A DNA stretch of 64,000 bases from a virus (IMGVR_UViG_640069307_000003:24097-88096); one strand, 5' to 3'; positions 26,512 through 36,391 are shown, counted from the first letter of the stretch. Numbers and translations are program-made. Notes: generated by a model from the sequence alone, not told the origin.

Positions 26512-27141
26512 TTATGCTTGCGATCTTGTTGTCGGCGCGTTCGATCCTTGCGCGGTGTGGTGGTGGCCCTGCACGCTGATGTTTCCGGACTTCACGTCGT
26601 TGGTGAAATTCGCGCCGCCCGTCACGCTCATATCGCCGGTCACAGTCATGGCCGCACCGCCGCCCGCGCCGCCCTTGCCGGTCATGCCGCCGTTGAACGT
26701 GAGCAGCTTTTCAACCGTCATCGTTCCGGTAACGTGCGTCTGATCGGCCTCTATTTCGAGGAGCGGCGTCTTGATATGGACCTGCGAGGCGGCGATGACC
26801 TCGAACATTCCGCCGTCAGCGCTAAACTGAAAGTTTCCGTGCTCAAATCTGCGCCAGTCAGTTCCGTTTTCCTGATTCTTCGGCCGGTAGCCCATGATTA
26901 CGGGATAGCGCGGATCGCCGCCGTTGAACGCAATCCATACCCGGTCATCGACCTTGATACGGATTTCGGTGTGCTCGCTCTTGTCGCCGACTGGGTTGCA
27001 GAATTCGGCCTCCGGCAATTCGGCCGCGCCGTCGGTGAGGCCGGGAATGCGCACGCGCGCAATGCGCCGCTCGCGGTCGATGCTCGCGACTTCGGCTGGC
27101 ATGAGGGCAAGCAGCACGCCGCCCAAGTTGAAAGCATTCAT
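26512..27141 (-). CDS. Baseplate spike (gpV-like)
   Basis: OB-fold start, F..GDPRYPVIMG, Gly-rich beta-helix and terminal GHHH metal tip; start MNAF at 27141 by ATGA coupling. Confidence 0.8.
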   Translation of the reverse strand: MNAFNLGGVLLALMPAEVASIDRERRIARVRIPGLTDGAAELPEAEFCNPVGDKSEHTEIRIKVDDRVWIAFNGGDPRYPVIMGYRPKNQENGTDWRRFEHGNFQFSADGGMFEVIAASQVHIKTPLLEIEADQTHVTGTMTVEKLLTFNGGMTGKGGAGGGAAMTVTGDMSVTGGANFTNDVKSGNISVQGHHHTAQGSNAPTTRSQA

Positions 27142-28013
27142 TGGGTCGGACTCCCTAGCCAAAGGCGCGTGTACTGCTCAGTGCCGCCGCCGTCGGTGCC
27201 GTTCTGCATGTGGTGCGCCGCGGTCATGACGACCAATGGCGTGCCGCTAATGTTTGCCACGTCGCCCGCGCGCACGGCCGGGTTTGCCTTGGTCGTGATG
27301 ACCTTGCGCCGCACGAGAACGCGGCCCATGAAGTTGAGCGAGCGCGCATCCTTGCGCGGGCTGAATGCAACCGACTGCGTATCGTTGCGGCGCGCCCCCG
27401 ACAGAAATTTGCCGTTCGGCCCGACCGACACATAGACGGGAACCTCGTCTGATTCGAGGAAGTCGCTTTTAACGTCCTCTGCGCCGTCAATATCGAGTTT
27501 GTCGATAGGCGTTTGCGCCATGAGGTCGCGCAGGTTCATCGCTTGTAGCTTGGCTTTCCGCCACATGACGACGGCGGACTCCTCCTGAAGCACGCGCGCA
27601 ATGCCGAACGTCGGCACGTTGCCAACGAAACACGCATACCGGGAGATTGCGAAGTCGCCCACGAGCGGCGCACTCGCGCCGCACGCGCGATAGATACCGG
27701 AAAGGCTCGCGTTCTGGAAAATCACGGCCGTCCGGCGCGGCCTCGCGACCTCGACGACACTATCGGGGAACGCAGTGATGTGGACGGCACTCAGCGGCTC
27801 CTTTCCCTGCACGGCGACGTTGCGCGTCGGCACGGCCTTGACGATGCGAAACGGAATCTCGTTGACCTTGATAACGCTGCCGTCGCGATAGTCGGCGGCC
27901 GTCTGCTGTGTGAGGCGAATGTTCGCTTCGAACGTCAGCGGGATCGGCGCGAGGTCATAGCGCAGGTCCGCAGAAATGATGAGGTCGCCGCGCAGGCCGT
28001 TGACATCGAACAC
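27138..28013 (-). CDS. Baseplate hub-like protein
   Basis: Immediately upstream of the spike; beta-rich 291 aa. Confidence 0.6.
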   Translation of the reverse strand: MFDVNGLRGDLIISADLRYDLAPIPLTFEANIRLTQQTAADYRDGSVIKVNEIPFRIVKAVPTRNVAVQGKEPLSAVHITAFPDSVVEVARPRRTAVIFQNASLSGIYRACGASAPLVGDFAISRYACFVGNVPTFGIARVLQEESAVVMWRKAKLQAMNLRDLMAQTPIDKLDIDGAEDVKSDFLESDEVPVYVSVGPNGKFLSGARRNDTQSVAFSPRKDARSLNFMGRVLVRRKVITTKANPAVRAGDVANISGTPLVVMTAAHHMQNGTDGGGTEQYTRLWLGSPTQ

Positions 28014-28268
28014 TTACGCAGCGCCCCCATGCGCGAGGCCGCGGGCATACCAGTGCGCTCCGACGGAATCGGCCTCGCCGCCGCAATGCGTGCAGCGGTG
28101 GCGCGAGAACAGCTTGCCCGGCTCAACCGGCTCGAACGCATGGCGCGCGCACGATTCGAGGCGGGAGCGGTTGGCTTCCGCCTTTGCGTGGATCGCAGTT
28201 ACGTCCTCTTTCGTGAGGCCCGTTACATGCGTAAGCAGGTCGATACCGTTCGGTGTCTTTTGCGTCAT
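28014..28268 (-). CDS. Small zinc-ribbon hypothetical protein
   Basis: Start MTQKTP at 28268; SCARH..RCTHCG. Confidence 0.55.
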   Translation of the reverse strand: MTQKTPNGIDLLTHVTGLTKEDVTAIHAKAEANRSRLESCARHAFEPVEPGKLFSRHRCTHCGGEADSVGAHWYARGLAHGGAA

Positions 28269-28270
28269 AG

Positions 28271-28786
28271 CTAGATGGTCTGTGCGTCCTGTTCGAACGC
28301 AAGGCGGGGCAGGTCTTGCGTTTCGTACTGGCGAATGTCCTGCTCGATCTGCGACACATCGCGTCCGTACACGTCTACGCCAAGCCCGCGCGATGCTTCG
28401 AGCGCGCGCGCGTTCTCCCGCTCGATGTAGAGCATGTAAAGCGGCTTGATGAGCGCCCATTCGCTGTTGGTTATGTCGGTGTCGGCGGACAGCCCTTCAG
28501 GAACGGGCGGCGGGTCCGTATCGGTCGCGGGCGGCGTGTAGGGCGGATGCGTGCCATCGACGACGGATATGTACTGCCCGCCATAGATGCCGCCGTACCA
28601 TCCCAAAAGCGGGTCGTACAGCACTTGTGGTGGCGGATCGTCAGGCTCGACCGGCTCCATGCTCGCGACGGCTCCCCATCCGAGATAGAAGCGCGTCGCG
28701 TTGATGGCTTGCTTGGTTTGTTCGGCCTCGTCGATGACAAGGCCGAACGCCCACGAGCAAGACGCCGCAAGTTCTTGAAGCGTCAC
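28271..28786 (-). CDS. P1 PmgC-like head-tail/structural protein
   Basis: SEWALIKPLYMLYIERENA motif; adjacent to the tube gene as in P1. Confidence 0.5.
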   Translation of the reverse strand: MTLQELAASCSWAFGLVIDEAEQTKQAINATRFYLGWGAVASMEPVEPDDPPPQVLYDPLLGWYGGIYGGQYISVVDGTHPPYTPPATDTDPPPVPEGLSADTDITNSEWALIKPLYMLYIERENARALEASRGLGVDVYGRDVSQIEQDIRQYETQDLPRLAFEQDAQTI

Positions 28787-28794
28787 GGTGCGCC

Positions 28795-29286
28795 TTACGG
28801 GGTGTTACCGGCTTCGTGATCGCCGAAGTAGTGGAAGAACAGCGTGCCGCTGATCGTCGTCACTTGCGAGCGGTTTTCCCAGTCGCGGTCCGGGTTGTCG
28901 AGTTGCAGGAAGCAATCGACGATGTTGCAGGCACGCTGGTACTTGTCCATCGTGCCCTCGTACACCTTCGCATTGAAGCGCCCGCCCGATGCGATGATCT
29001 TTTCGAGGAACGCTTGCATGTCGCCCCTGCGCGTCTCGTAGAACTGCATCTGGCCTTGCTGCGCGATCTTGACCTGCTGCGGCTGGAACTGCGTCATGCC
29101 GAGCGGGCCAGCGATTTCGATTTCGCCCGCCGAGGTCAGGGTGGGCCACGGGAATTGCTTGGTCAGAAGCCGCAAATCCTCGAACCCTTCGATGACGAAT
29201 TGCGCATCGCTCGATACGCTCTTGTCGCCAAGGGACTTGATCTGGTTGTAATGCTGCTGGAGATAAGCGCCGGTCGATACGGTCAT
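28795..29286 (-). CDS. tub: Tail tube protein (P1 Tub-like)
   Basis: 163 aa; FPWP..EIEIAGPLG..YETRRG..DWENRSQV..SGTLFFHYFG tube-like pattern. Confidence 0.65.
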   Translation of the reverse strand: MTVSTGAYLQQHYNQIKSLGDKSVSSDAQFVIEGFEDLRLLTKQFPWPTLTSAGEIEIAGPLGMTQFQPQQVKIAQQGQMQFYETRRGDMQAFLEKIIASGGRFNAKVYEGTMDKYQRACNIVDCFLQLDNPDRDWENRSQVTTISGTLFFHYFGDHEAGNTP

Positions 29287-29322
29287 TGGTTCACCTTAGA
29301 GTCTGGATTTACTACCCAATGC

Positions 29323-29368
29323 ACTCTAATGGCCGTTTTTTTTCGTCCGCGTTGACCTTTTCCTAACG
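29323..29368 (-). promoter_or_regulatory. Putative late promoter (tube operon)
   Basis: CGTTAGGAAAA-29-TAGAGT. Confidence 0.55.
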
Positions 29369-29379
29369 CGAGAGGACGC

Positions 29380-29404
29380 AAAAAAGCCCGCGCTCGGCGG
29401 GCTT
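29380..29404 (-). terminator. Intrinsic terminator after the secreted-protein gene
   Basis: AAGCCCGC-GCTCG-GCGGGCTT with an A-run on the plus strand. Confidence 0.7.
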
Positions 29405-29425
29405 GTATAAGGCAGGGAGAGCGGA

Positions 29426-29851
29426 TCAGGAAAGGTCTTTGATCTTCCCGCCGACGTACTTCGCGCGCGTGATGATGTACGGGTTGAACTCCTCCGGCAG
29501 AGAGAGAACCCGTGCACGTTCGAGGTTGTACGCCGCGCGCGTCGCGATTTCCTGATTGCTGAAATACTTCGGCGAATCGTGTGGCACTCGGCCCGCCTTG
29601 TTGAGCAGTCTGGCCGAGGTCATCTCGAACGCAAAGCAGTAGTCGAGCTGGTCGCCCGCGCTCTTGTCGCGCCCGCCGTGCGTATCCACGCCCGAATAGC
29701 AGAGTTGGGCGCGCGTCACGAGCGCATCGGCGTCACTGCCGCTCCTGAATGCCGTCACAGCGTCTCTCACGCCGCGGTCGAGGTCGTCGGTGTCGGCGAA
29801 CGCCGGGGCGGCGAGCGAGGCGAGCAGGGCGGCAATTACAAAACGCTTCAT
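29426..29851 (-). CDS. Exported (signal peptide) hypothetical protein
   Basis: MKRFVIAALLASLAAPAFA signal peptide; two Cys. Confidence 0.75.
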   Translation of the reverse strand: MKRFVIAALLASLAAPAFADTDDLDRGVRDAVTAFRSGSDADALVTRAQLCYSGVDTHGGRDKSAGDQLDYCFAFEMTSARLLNKAGRVPHDSPKYFSNQEIATRAAYNLERARVLSLPEEFNPYIITRAKYVGGKIKDLS

Positions 29852-29910
29852 GGGGTTCCCCTTGTGTAAGTTTTCCGCAAGTATGCCATCCCTGATCTGT
29901 TTTCCTAGCG

Positions 29911-32775
29911 TTACGCAGCAATGCCACCCGTTGCAATCATCGACAGGCGGCGGTCACGCAAGTCTTGGCCGACGGGCTGATCGTTAGACACATGCACCTC
30001 CATCGGCCCGGCGCTATTCATCGGGACCGGGATCGACGCTTGCGCCGCGGGCGGTACGTTGGAAGGCGCAGGCACGCTTGCCGCCGCAATGCTCACGCGC
30101 GGTGGCGAGGGCGGTGCGGCGGCGGTCACTACCGGAGGCGGCACGACCGGGGCGGGCGAGGCGGCCACGGCCACAGTCGTCGACGCGAGCGCGGGCGGCA
30201 CGCCCGGCTGCACGCTGGTAGCGGGCGAGGGCGAGGGCGAGGGCGAGGCGGGCGCGACAGGCTTCGTCGGCGCGTTCGAGGCGACAGCAGTAGCCTTGTC
30301 GGCGGGCTTTGCGCTCGCTAAAGCGGTCGCGGGCACGGACAGGTTCGACATATCGCCGACGACTGATTTGCCGCGCGCTTCGAGCGCCGCACTGTTTTTC
30401 GCAAGGTACTCGGCGGCCGTCGTCGAACCCTTGCCGTAGTTCAGCGATACAGCCTTTTGCGTGTTACCAGAAAGTTGCGAAATGTTCTTGCCGTCCTTCG
30501 CGCCCTGAATGATTTCCTTCGCTGCGCCCGGCCCTAGCTGGTGCATCATGTACAGGTTCGCCGCCGTGACCGGCAGCCCCGCTTTTGTCAGTTGCGCGGC
30601 GTTCGCGTTCGCCAGTTGCATCCCGCCTTGAATGTTCTGATCCGCGTTGAAGCGGTCTTTGATGCCAACGCCCGAAGCGGTCGAGCCAGTAAATTGAAAG
30701 ATGCCGACTGCGCCAGTCGAGCTAATCGCGTTGGCATTGCCGCCGCTTTCCATCGCCGCGAATTCGAGCATTGTTTTCGGATCGAGGCCGTTTTTCTGCG
30801 ATGCCGTGATGATTTTGTCGCGGATTTCAGGCTGCATTCCGCCCGGAAGGTTCGCGCTCGTGTTCGCGCCGCTCGCCTTCAGTTCCTTGATCTTGGCAGC
30901 CTCGTCGTCCGTATAGGTGCCGTACTTCGCAAGTGCGTCGCCGCCTTTCACACCGTCGAATGATTGCTTGCGGCGATATCCCTTGTTGAGCTTCGAATAG
31001 ATGCCTTCGCCCCAATCCATGACCGCGCCGCCCGCGCGCGCAATCGGCGCGGCCATCTTCTCGACGCGCTCTTTGCCGTAGTCCACGGCAGCCTTGCCGA
31101 TTTCCTTCGCCTTTTCCGCACCAGTCTTGGCGACATTGACAACTGGCTCGGCGGCCTTTTTCGCTTGATCGACCGCAGCGCCCGCGACTTCTTTGCCCTT
31201 CTGCACGATGGCGTCAACGTCAATACCAAACTTGTCCTTCAGGAACGCTTTCGCGCCATCGACGATGCTTTTCCACGCATCGCTAACCGTCTTGCTGATC
31301 TCGCCGAGCTTGTCGGTGACGGTTTTCCACGAGTCTTTGAAGAACCCGACGGTAGACTTCCACGCACCGGTAATCGTGTCCGCGACCTTCGACCAATCGA
31401 CGGTCGCAAGCCATGCGCCGACGAGTTCGCCGACCTTGTCGCCGAGCACGCCACCGACAACCGCTCCGACAGGTCCGCCTAGCAGCATACCGATGCCGCC
31501 GCCAAGCAGCGCGCCAATGCCGGAACCCGCGCCGGTAAAGCGGTCCTTTCGGTTTTCCTCATCGCTCTTGTTCGGGTCGCCCGGCCCGAACATCGAGGCG
31601 AGAGCCGAGCCGCCTGCGAACAGTGCGCCGAGTAACGGCAGGCGACGTAGCCCCAACTTGCCGAGTCCGAGCGCGCCGCGCCCGAGCAACTTGAGCAGTC
31701 CGCCCCCGCCGACGAACAGCCTCATGATGCCGCCGCCCATACCGCCGAGCAGCTTCGACATGCCGCCGCCGAGCAGGCCAAAAAGCCCGCCCTTGCCGCC
31801 GCCTTCCGCTACGCCCGTCTTGCGCTCGATTTCCTTCAGCGTGCGTTGCTCCGCAATGCCGAAATCACTGTGCTGGCGGCGCGTGAGGCGCAGTTCCGTA
31901 AAGATGCGGCGATACCACGGGATAGCGCCATCCTTGCCGCCAAATCTCCCGGCAATGGACCTGCCGAGGTTGCCGAGCGTGCCGAGCGGCCCGCCGAGCA
32001 TCTTGCCCATTTCATGTGCGGCCTCGATGGTCGGATCGACCTTGTCGAAGTCGCCCATGTCCGGTGCGCTTGGTCGCGAGAATAGCCCTTTGAGCTTCGA
32101 GAACAGGCTGCGGCTGTCTCCGCCATCGCTTGCGCCGCCCGAGCCGAAACGCCCGCGCGCGTCGCGCGTCTGGTTGGCCGCGCGCGCCGCCGCAGCTTCA
32201 TCTTTGCCCTGATTTTTTGCCGATGCCTGAGCGCGGGATTCTCTCGCGGCCTGCGCGGCTTGTGCGGCCTGCGCGCGGGTGAGCGAATTGACGGCCTGCG
32301 TGACCGGCGTGAGGTCGGTCGACGGCGCGGGCTGCGCGGCGCGCGGCCGGCGCGGGGCGCGGCCATCAGTCGATGCGGGCGAGGCCGCATCCGGCGCGAG
32401 CGTCGGCGCGCGCATGGGCATGACAGACTCGGTCGCAGGCGCGCGCGCGACAAACCGCCCGCGCTCGTCACGCGCACGGTCCCATGCGGCCGTGCTTGCA
32501 TTCACGCGGGGCAAGGGGACCGAGGCCGTGCTCGGTGCGCCCGATGTGTTGCGCGCGTTGGCGCGCGCGCGGGGGGAGGCCGCCTGCAGGCTGCTCGCCC
32601 CTGAGTTGGGGTTCGGTACTTTCTGGCGGCGCAGTAGGCCCGTCTTGGCTCCATGTTGCAGCAGGGCGAGAATTGCGCCGGTGTCGCTCCTGATGCCGTT
32701 GAGGCCGCTTGTCAGGTCGCTGTGATCGAGCGCCTTGTCGGCAATCAAGAACCCTTGTGAGTCCGCTTTAATCAT
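29911..32775 (-). CDS. sit: Tape measure protein with lytic transglycosylase domain (P1 Sit-like)
   Basis: Gly-rich hydrophobic TMP repeats; AAMESGGNANAISSTGAVGIFQF SLT motif. Confidence 0.8.
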   Translation of the reverse strand: MIKADSQGFLIADKALDHSDLTSGLNGIRSDTGAILALLQHGAKTGLLRRQKVPNPNSGASSLQAASPRARANARNTSGAPSTASVPLPRVNASTAAWDRARDERGRFVARAPATESVMPMRAPTLAPDAASPASTDGRAPRRPRAAQPAPSTDLTPVTQAVNSLTRAQAAQAAQAARESRAQASAKNQGKDEAAAARAANQTRDARGRFGSGGASDGGDSRSLFSKLKGLFSRPSAPDMGDFDKVDPTIEAAHEMGKMLGGPLGTLGNLGRSIAGRFGGKDGAIPWYRRIFTELRLTRRQHSDFGIAEQRTLKEIERKTGVAEGGGKGGLFGLLGGGMSKLLGGMGGGIMRLFVGGGGLLKLLGRGALGLGKLGLRRLPLLGALFAGGSALASMFGPGDPNKSDEENRKDRFTGAGSGIGALLGGGIGMLLGGPVGAVVGGVLGDKVGELVGAWLATVDWSKVADTITGAWKSTVGFFKDSWKTVTDKLGEISKTVSDAWKSIVDGAKAFLKDKFGIDVDAIVQKGKEVAGAAVDQAKKAAEPVVNVAKTGAEKAKEIGKAAVDYGKERVEKMAAPIARAGGAVMDWGEGIYSKLNKGYRRKQSFDGVKGGDALAKYGTYTDDEAAKIKELKASGANTSANLPGGMQPEIRDKIITASQKNGLDPKTMLEFAAMESGGNANAISSTGAVGIFQFTGSTASGVGIKDRFNADQNIQGGMQLANANAAQLTKAGLPVTAANLYMMHQLGPGAAKEIIQGAKDGKNISQLSGNTQKAVSLNYGKGSTTAAEYLAKNSAALEARGKSVVGDMSNLSVPATALASAKPADKATAVASNAPTKPVAPASPSPSPSPATSVQPGVPPALASTTVAVAASPAPVVPPPVVTAAAPPSPPRVSIAAASVPAPSNVPPAAQASIPVPMNSAGPMEVHVSNDQPVGQDLRDRRLSMIATGGIAA

Positions 32776-32777
32776 GG

Positions 32778-33623
32778 TCAGGTCTGGTCAAACATGAACG
32801 AGTCGAACTGAACGAACGACATTTGAATTTCCTGCATACCGTCCTCCGCCCGGTTCAGTTCGGTTTCGAGGCTGCCGCACCGCATGATGTACTTCTCCTC
32901 GTAACCGCCGTAGCGCTGCATCACGTCGTCATTGATGGCGGCGTGAAGAATGCGGACCTGCACGAGGTAATCAGCCGGTACGCCGAATGTTCCATCGGAG
33001 TGCGCGAGCAGATCGCAGCGCGTCTGGAACCATCGCTTGATCGAACCGTATGAGTCGTCGAGCGTCGTGATGCGCATTTCTGTGCGCTCTGAACCGTGAA
33101 TCACGTCCATCACGCCAGCGCCGATGGCACGGCCTTCGCCCGAAATCGTGAGCGGGCCAATCGAAATGTTGGTCGCGAACAGGTTGAATAGGCCCGATGA
33201 CTGGCCCTGCGTGCCGCCTTGGTCCGGGTAGAAGTCGAGGATTTCGACGAAAAACAGGTTCTTTTTCGCGTACTGCGTGGCCTGCACTTCAGCGCAAATC
33301 TGTTGCGCCTCGTAGGGCGTGATGCCGCCGAGCAGTTGGTTGCGATTGCTCTTGAAAAGCAGGTCTGAAATCAGCTTGCCATTGAGCGTTTGCTCGATTT
33401 TCTGGCCGATTTTGGTCTGGCGCAGCGCATCGAGGCCCGCGCCGAGATAGTCGCCATTCAGCGCCTTGTTGAGCGGACCGGACGCCTTCGGAGCGATCTT
33501 GCCGACGGCCGTTTGCAGCAGCGCACGGCCCGCGCCGACGGCAGAAAATCCCGACACGAGGCGACCTACCCGACTCGCGATCTGCGACGAAACGCGCTGC
33601 GTGACCTCGTCAAAAATAGACAT
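32778..33623 (-). CDS. Tail/baseplate morphogenesis protein (P1 PmgB-like position)
   Basis: 281 aa ORF coupled upstream of the tape measure gene. Confidence 0.5.
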   Translation of the reverse strand: MSIFDEVTQRVSSQIASRVGRLVSGFSAVGAGRALLQTAVGKIAPKASGPLNKALNGDYLGAGLDALRQTKIGQKIEQTLNGKLISDLLFKSNRNQLLGGITPYEAQQICAEVQATQYAKKNLFFVEILDFYPDQGGTQGQSSGLFNLFATNISIGPLTISGEGRAIGAGVMDVIHGSERTEMRITTLDDSYGSIKRWFQTRCDLLAHSDGTFGVPADYLVQVRILHAAINDDVMQRYGGYEEKYIMRCGSLETELNRAEDGMQEIQMSFVQFDSFMFDQT

Positions 33624-33625
33624 AC

Positions 33626-35245
33626 TTACTCCCCGTCGGCATTGCCGCTGCCCGGTTTGCCACCGCCAAAGCGGCTGCCGCCACCGCCACCAAATCCACC
33701 GCCTCCACCAAAGCCGCCGCCATCGTCCGGGGCTTCATCGGCAGGCTTCGGCATTCCCTTGACGATCAAATCAGCCTGATCCTCGTCGAGCAGCATGATT
33801 TTCGTGAGAATCTCGTGCATGGCCTTTTCGTCGAGGCCCAAGTCGCGCAGTTGTGCAAGCGTTTGAACCATGATGGCGGCCGAATTCATGGCCTCCGTCT
33901 TCGTGTGCTGGCGCTCGCTTTCGAGGGCGGAAATCGTGCCGTAGAAGTTGACGTGCCACGGCCTTTCATCCTTGGAGAACACCTCGCCATACTTGTGGAA
34001 GGTGTGAACGTCGATGATCGAGTTAAAGAAGTCGGTCAGCGCCACGCGCAGCAGGCGCGAGCGCTCCGCCGATTGCGCTGACGAGCGGAAGAAACCGCCA
34101 TCGCCCAAGCCGCCAGAGAGCAGTTCTGCAAAGCCGATCATCGACAGGTCGATACCGAGCGCGCCCGATAGGAGCTTGGCGTAAAACAGCACGTCTTCGA
34201 TGCTGACCGAGCCGCTAGGCCCGCGCCCTTGGCCGTTCGTGAGGCTCCCGTTGAGCGCCGTAAGCTGCTTTTCGCCGAACGTCGGGATGATGTGATAGAT
34301 GCGTTCGAGGAAGGGCTTTCCGCTGCGAACCGCGGCCTCTGCGCGCGCCTTGCTCGCCTTCAGGATCTTCGTGATGTTCCTCATCACGTCGTCCCGTTGC
34401 TGCTTGGTCATGCCGTCCTGATTCATCGTAATCATCGACTCGTCGATGGAGTCGAGGACACGCTGGCCGGTCAGGCTGATAAGCGCGGTCGTCAGTTGGT
34501 CGAATGGGCTTTCCGCGCCGTCGAGGAACGAGCCACCTACAAGCGAGGGCATGAGCGGCAGCTTGTTGATATCGTCCTCTTTGAGCGCGAGCTTGATGGC
34601 CTTTTCCACCGCGCGCACCTGTGGGATATAGACCATGCGCGGCATTTTCATGCGAGCCATCTGATGCAGGGAGAGCCTGTCCGATGACTTCGGGCCGGAT
34701 GCCGCGACAAAGCCGACGGTCTGATTGCCGCGCTCGTAGGGCGTAATCATCGACGGATGCACAAGTTCATCCACGTACACATCGACGACACCGTTTCTGC
34801 CGTCGGTATAGATGCGCCCGTATGCGTCGCCAAACGCCGCGCCATTGAAGCCGACCGTGTACGCGATACGGTTGAAAATCGGCGCGAGGTTCGTGGAGAT
34901 TTCGGCGGCGATTGCGGACTTTTTCTTGTCCTCCTTCGCACCCGGCGCAGTTTCGATGAACACCACATCGCCCGACGTTTCGTGACCGCCGAGCGCGGCC
35001 GTTACGTGCAGGCGCATAGCCGTAGAAATGATCGGGTCGCCCGACATTTCCATCCACTTGTAGTAAAGCTGCTGGCGGTTACGAGCGGGGCGCTTCGCGT
35101 TGCCGAGCAGCATCGAAATGGTCATGCCGTCGGCGAATGCGTCGGCCTGTTCCGTTTCGGTAATGAGGTTGTTTTCTGCGCGGCTGCCGAACAGCTTCGA
35201 CAAAAAGCCTTTGGACTTGCCGCGCGGTTCGTCAGGTGTTGGCAT
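33626..35245 (-). CDS. prt: Portal protein (P1 Prt-like)
   Basis: Likely start MPTPDE at 35245; MSGDPIISTAMRLHVTAALGG, FGDAYGRIY, SGGLGDGGFFRSS. Confidence 0.75.
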   Translation of the reverse strand: MPTPDEPRGKSKGFLSKLFGSRAENNLITETEQADAFADGMTISMLLGNAKRPARNRQQLYYKWMEMSGDPIISTAMRLHVTAALGGHETSGDVVFIETAPGAKEDKKKSAIAAEISTNLAPIFNRIAYTVGFNGAAFGDAYGRIYTDGRNGVVDVYVDELVHPSMITPYERGNQTVGFVAASGPKSSDRLSLHQMARMKMPRMVYIPQVRAVEKAIKLALKEDDINKLPLMPSLVGGSFLDGAESPFDQLTTALISLTGQRVLDSIDESMITMNQDGMTKQQRDDVMRNITKILKASKARAEAAVRSGKPFLERIYHIIPTFGEKQLTALNGSLTNGQGRGPSGSVSIEDVLFYAKLLSGALGIDLSMIGFAELLSGGLGDGGFFRSSAQSAERSRLLRVALTDFFNSIIDVHTFHKYGEVFSKDERPWHVNFYGTISALESERQHTKTEAMNSAAIMVQTLAQLRDLGLDEKAMHEILTKIMLLDEDQADLIVKGMPKPADEAPDDGGGFGGGGGFGGGGGSRFGGGKPGSGNADGE

Positions 35246-35273
35246 GGCGATAGACGAGAATAGATCAGCGTTG

Positions 35274-35320
35274 ATCTTCGCTGCCGTTCTCGCGCGCGCT
35301 CGCTTTGCGTTTTCCTCGCG
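35274..35320 (-). promoter_or_regulatory. Putative late promoter (portal operon)
   Basis: CGCGAGGAAAA-30-GAAGAT. Confidence 0.5.
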
Positions 35321-35333
35321 CGCCGCCAAAAGC

Positions 35334-35370
35334 AAAAAACCCCGAAAGGCGTGTTGCCTTCCGGGGTTTC
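35334..35370 (-). terminator. Intrinsic terminator
   Basis: AAACCCCG-AAGGC..GCCTT-CGGGGTTT hairpin with an A-run on the plus strand. Confidence 0.6.
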
Positions 35371-35569
35371 TCGCTCAACTGCACTTCTACTTGATCGTGA
35401 CGGTTTGGGCTGGCCTCCCTTGCCGTCGTGCGGGCTTTTGACCTCGCATCGCCGCGCTCACCACCACAGAAAGCGCGACAACGGGTGAGACTATACAGGG
35501 CACGCCAACGCGAGGGAAGGGCCAACTATACGATAGTTGCCGCCCCTTATATCTCGGAGTGAATCGCTC

Positions 35570-35716
35570 TTATTCGCGCTCGCAGTAGTAGCACTTGAAT
35601 TGCGCGTGACGCGGGCTGCCGCACGTCTTGCACGGCACGATTTTCGGCGCGTACAGTTCGCGCACTTCCTTTTCGCGCTTGCGGTACAGCCGACCGTCTA
35701 GCTTGATTTTCTTCAT
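35570..35716 (-). CDS. Small zinc-finger protein (48 aa)
   Basis: Translated by hand: MKKIKLDGRLYRKREKEVRELYAPKIVPCKTCGSPRHAQFKCYYCERE. Confidence 0.6.
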   Translation of the reverse strand: MKKIKLDGRLYRKREKEVRELYAPKIVPCKTCGSPRHAQFKCYYCERE

Positions 35717-35760
35717 GGCCTTACCCGTGAGGCCCGGCTCGGGGCCGGGCCGGGTTGATA

Positions 35761-36087
35761 TCAGCAGCCCATGCGCATTTCTGCACGGCGTTCAGCGGCG
35801 AGGTAGCGGGCCGTTTCGGCGTCCTCGCGCCGCTCCTCCTCGCCTGCGCCCCACTCGCGCCTCTGCTCGGCCGTCATGGCTTCCTCGTCCACGACTTGAA
35901 CCTTTCCAGTACCGTTGCAGTCGTCGCAGCGCACGTCATAGCCGCCCGCGAAATACGTGTCGCGCTCGTCTTGCGGCCAATCCGCCCATTCGCTCGACGT
36001 GATGCCGTTCGAGAATGCGGGGTGATCGTGCTTGCCTTCGCCCTTGCAGCGGCAGCAGATTTCCCATTTCATCGGAAAGTTCGACAT
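35761..36087 (-). CDS. Hypothetical protein with DnaJ-like CxxCxG zinc motifs
   Basis: CCRCKGEG and CDDCNGTG; AGGAG RBS. Confidence 0.7.
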   Translation of the reverse strand: MSNFPMKWEICCRCKGEGKHDHPAFSNGITSSEWADWPQDERDTYFAGGYDVRCDDCNGTGKVQVVDEEAMTAEQRREWGAGEEERREDAETARYLAAERRAEMRMGC

Positions 36088-36147
36088 TGCGTGTGCTCCT
36101 TTGCTCGGCGGATTTGAGAGGCCCGGCGCGCGGCCGGGCGAGGTTGG

Positions 36148-36339
36148 TTAGGCAGGGAATTCGGCGCGGCGGGCTTCCTGCTTCGCGAGCGCGGCGAACT
36201 GGCTGTGCGCCACGTCAGCCGCCGCAATCCGCTGGACGATCTGCATGAGATCGCTGTAGCTCGGGAGTCCAGCGTTTGTCGCGTGGGCGTCTGCGTTCGC
36301 GATTGCTTCGATTTGTGCTTCGTTCATCGTCGTTCCCAT
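36148..36339 (-). CDS. Small hypothetical protein (63 aa)
   Basis: First ORF downstream of the 36363-36391 promoter. Confidence 0.6.
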   Translation of the reverse strand: MGTTMNEAQIEAIANADAHATNAGLPSYSDLMQIVQRIAAADVAHSQFAALAKQEARRAEFPA

Positions 36340-36362
36340 CCTTGTTGCGTTGCGTTTGTATT

Positions 36363-36391
36363 AATGTATGCGCTCACGAAAAATAACGCAA
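36363..36391 (-). promoter_or_regulatory. Sigma70 promoter with GTGAGCGCATACA motif
   Basis: TTGCGT-17-TACATT. Confidence 0.7.

Noticed and set aside
26867-26873. Further TTTTCCT hits as late promoters (also 23867, 31553, 45072)
   Set aside because: They lie inside coding sequence or act as an RBS (23867), and lack the CGTT extension or a -10 at 29-30 bp.
29960-30320. Pro/Ala/Ser-rich and GGCGAG tandem stretch as an independent repeat element
   Set aside because: It lies in frame within the tape measure C-terminal low-complexity tail.
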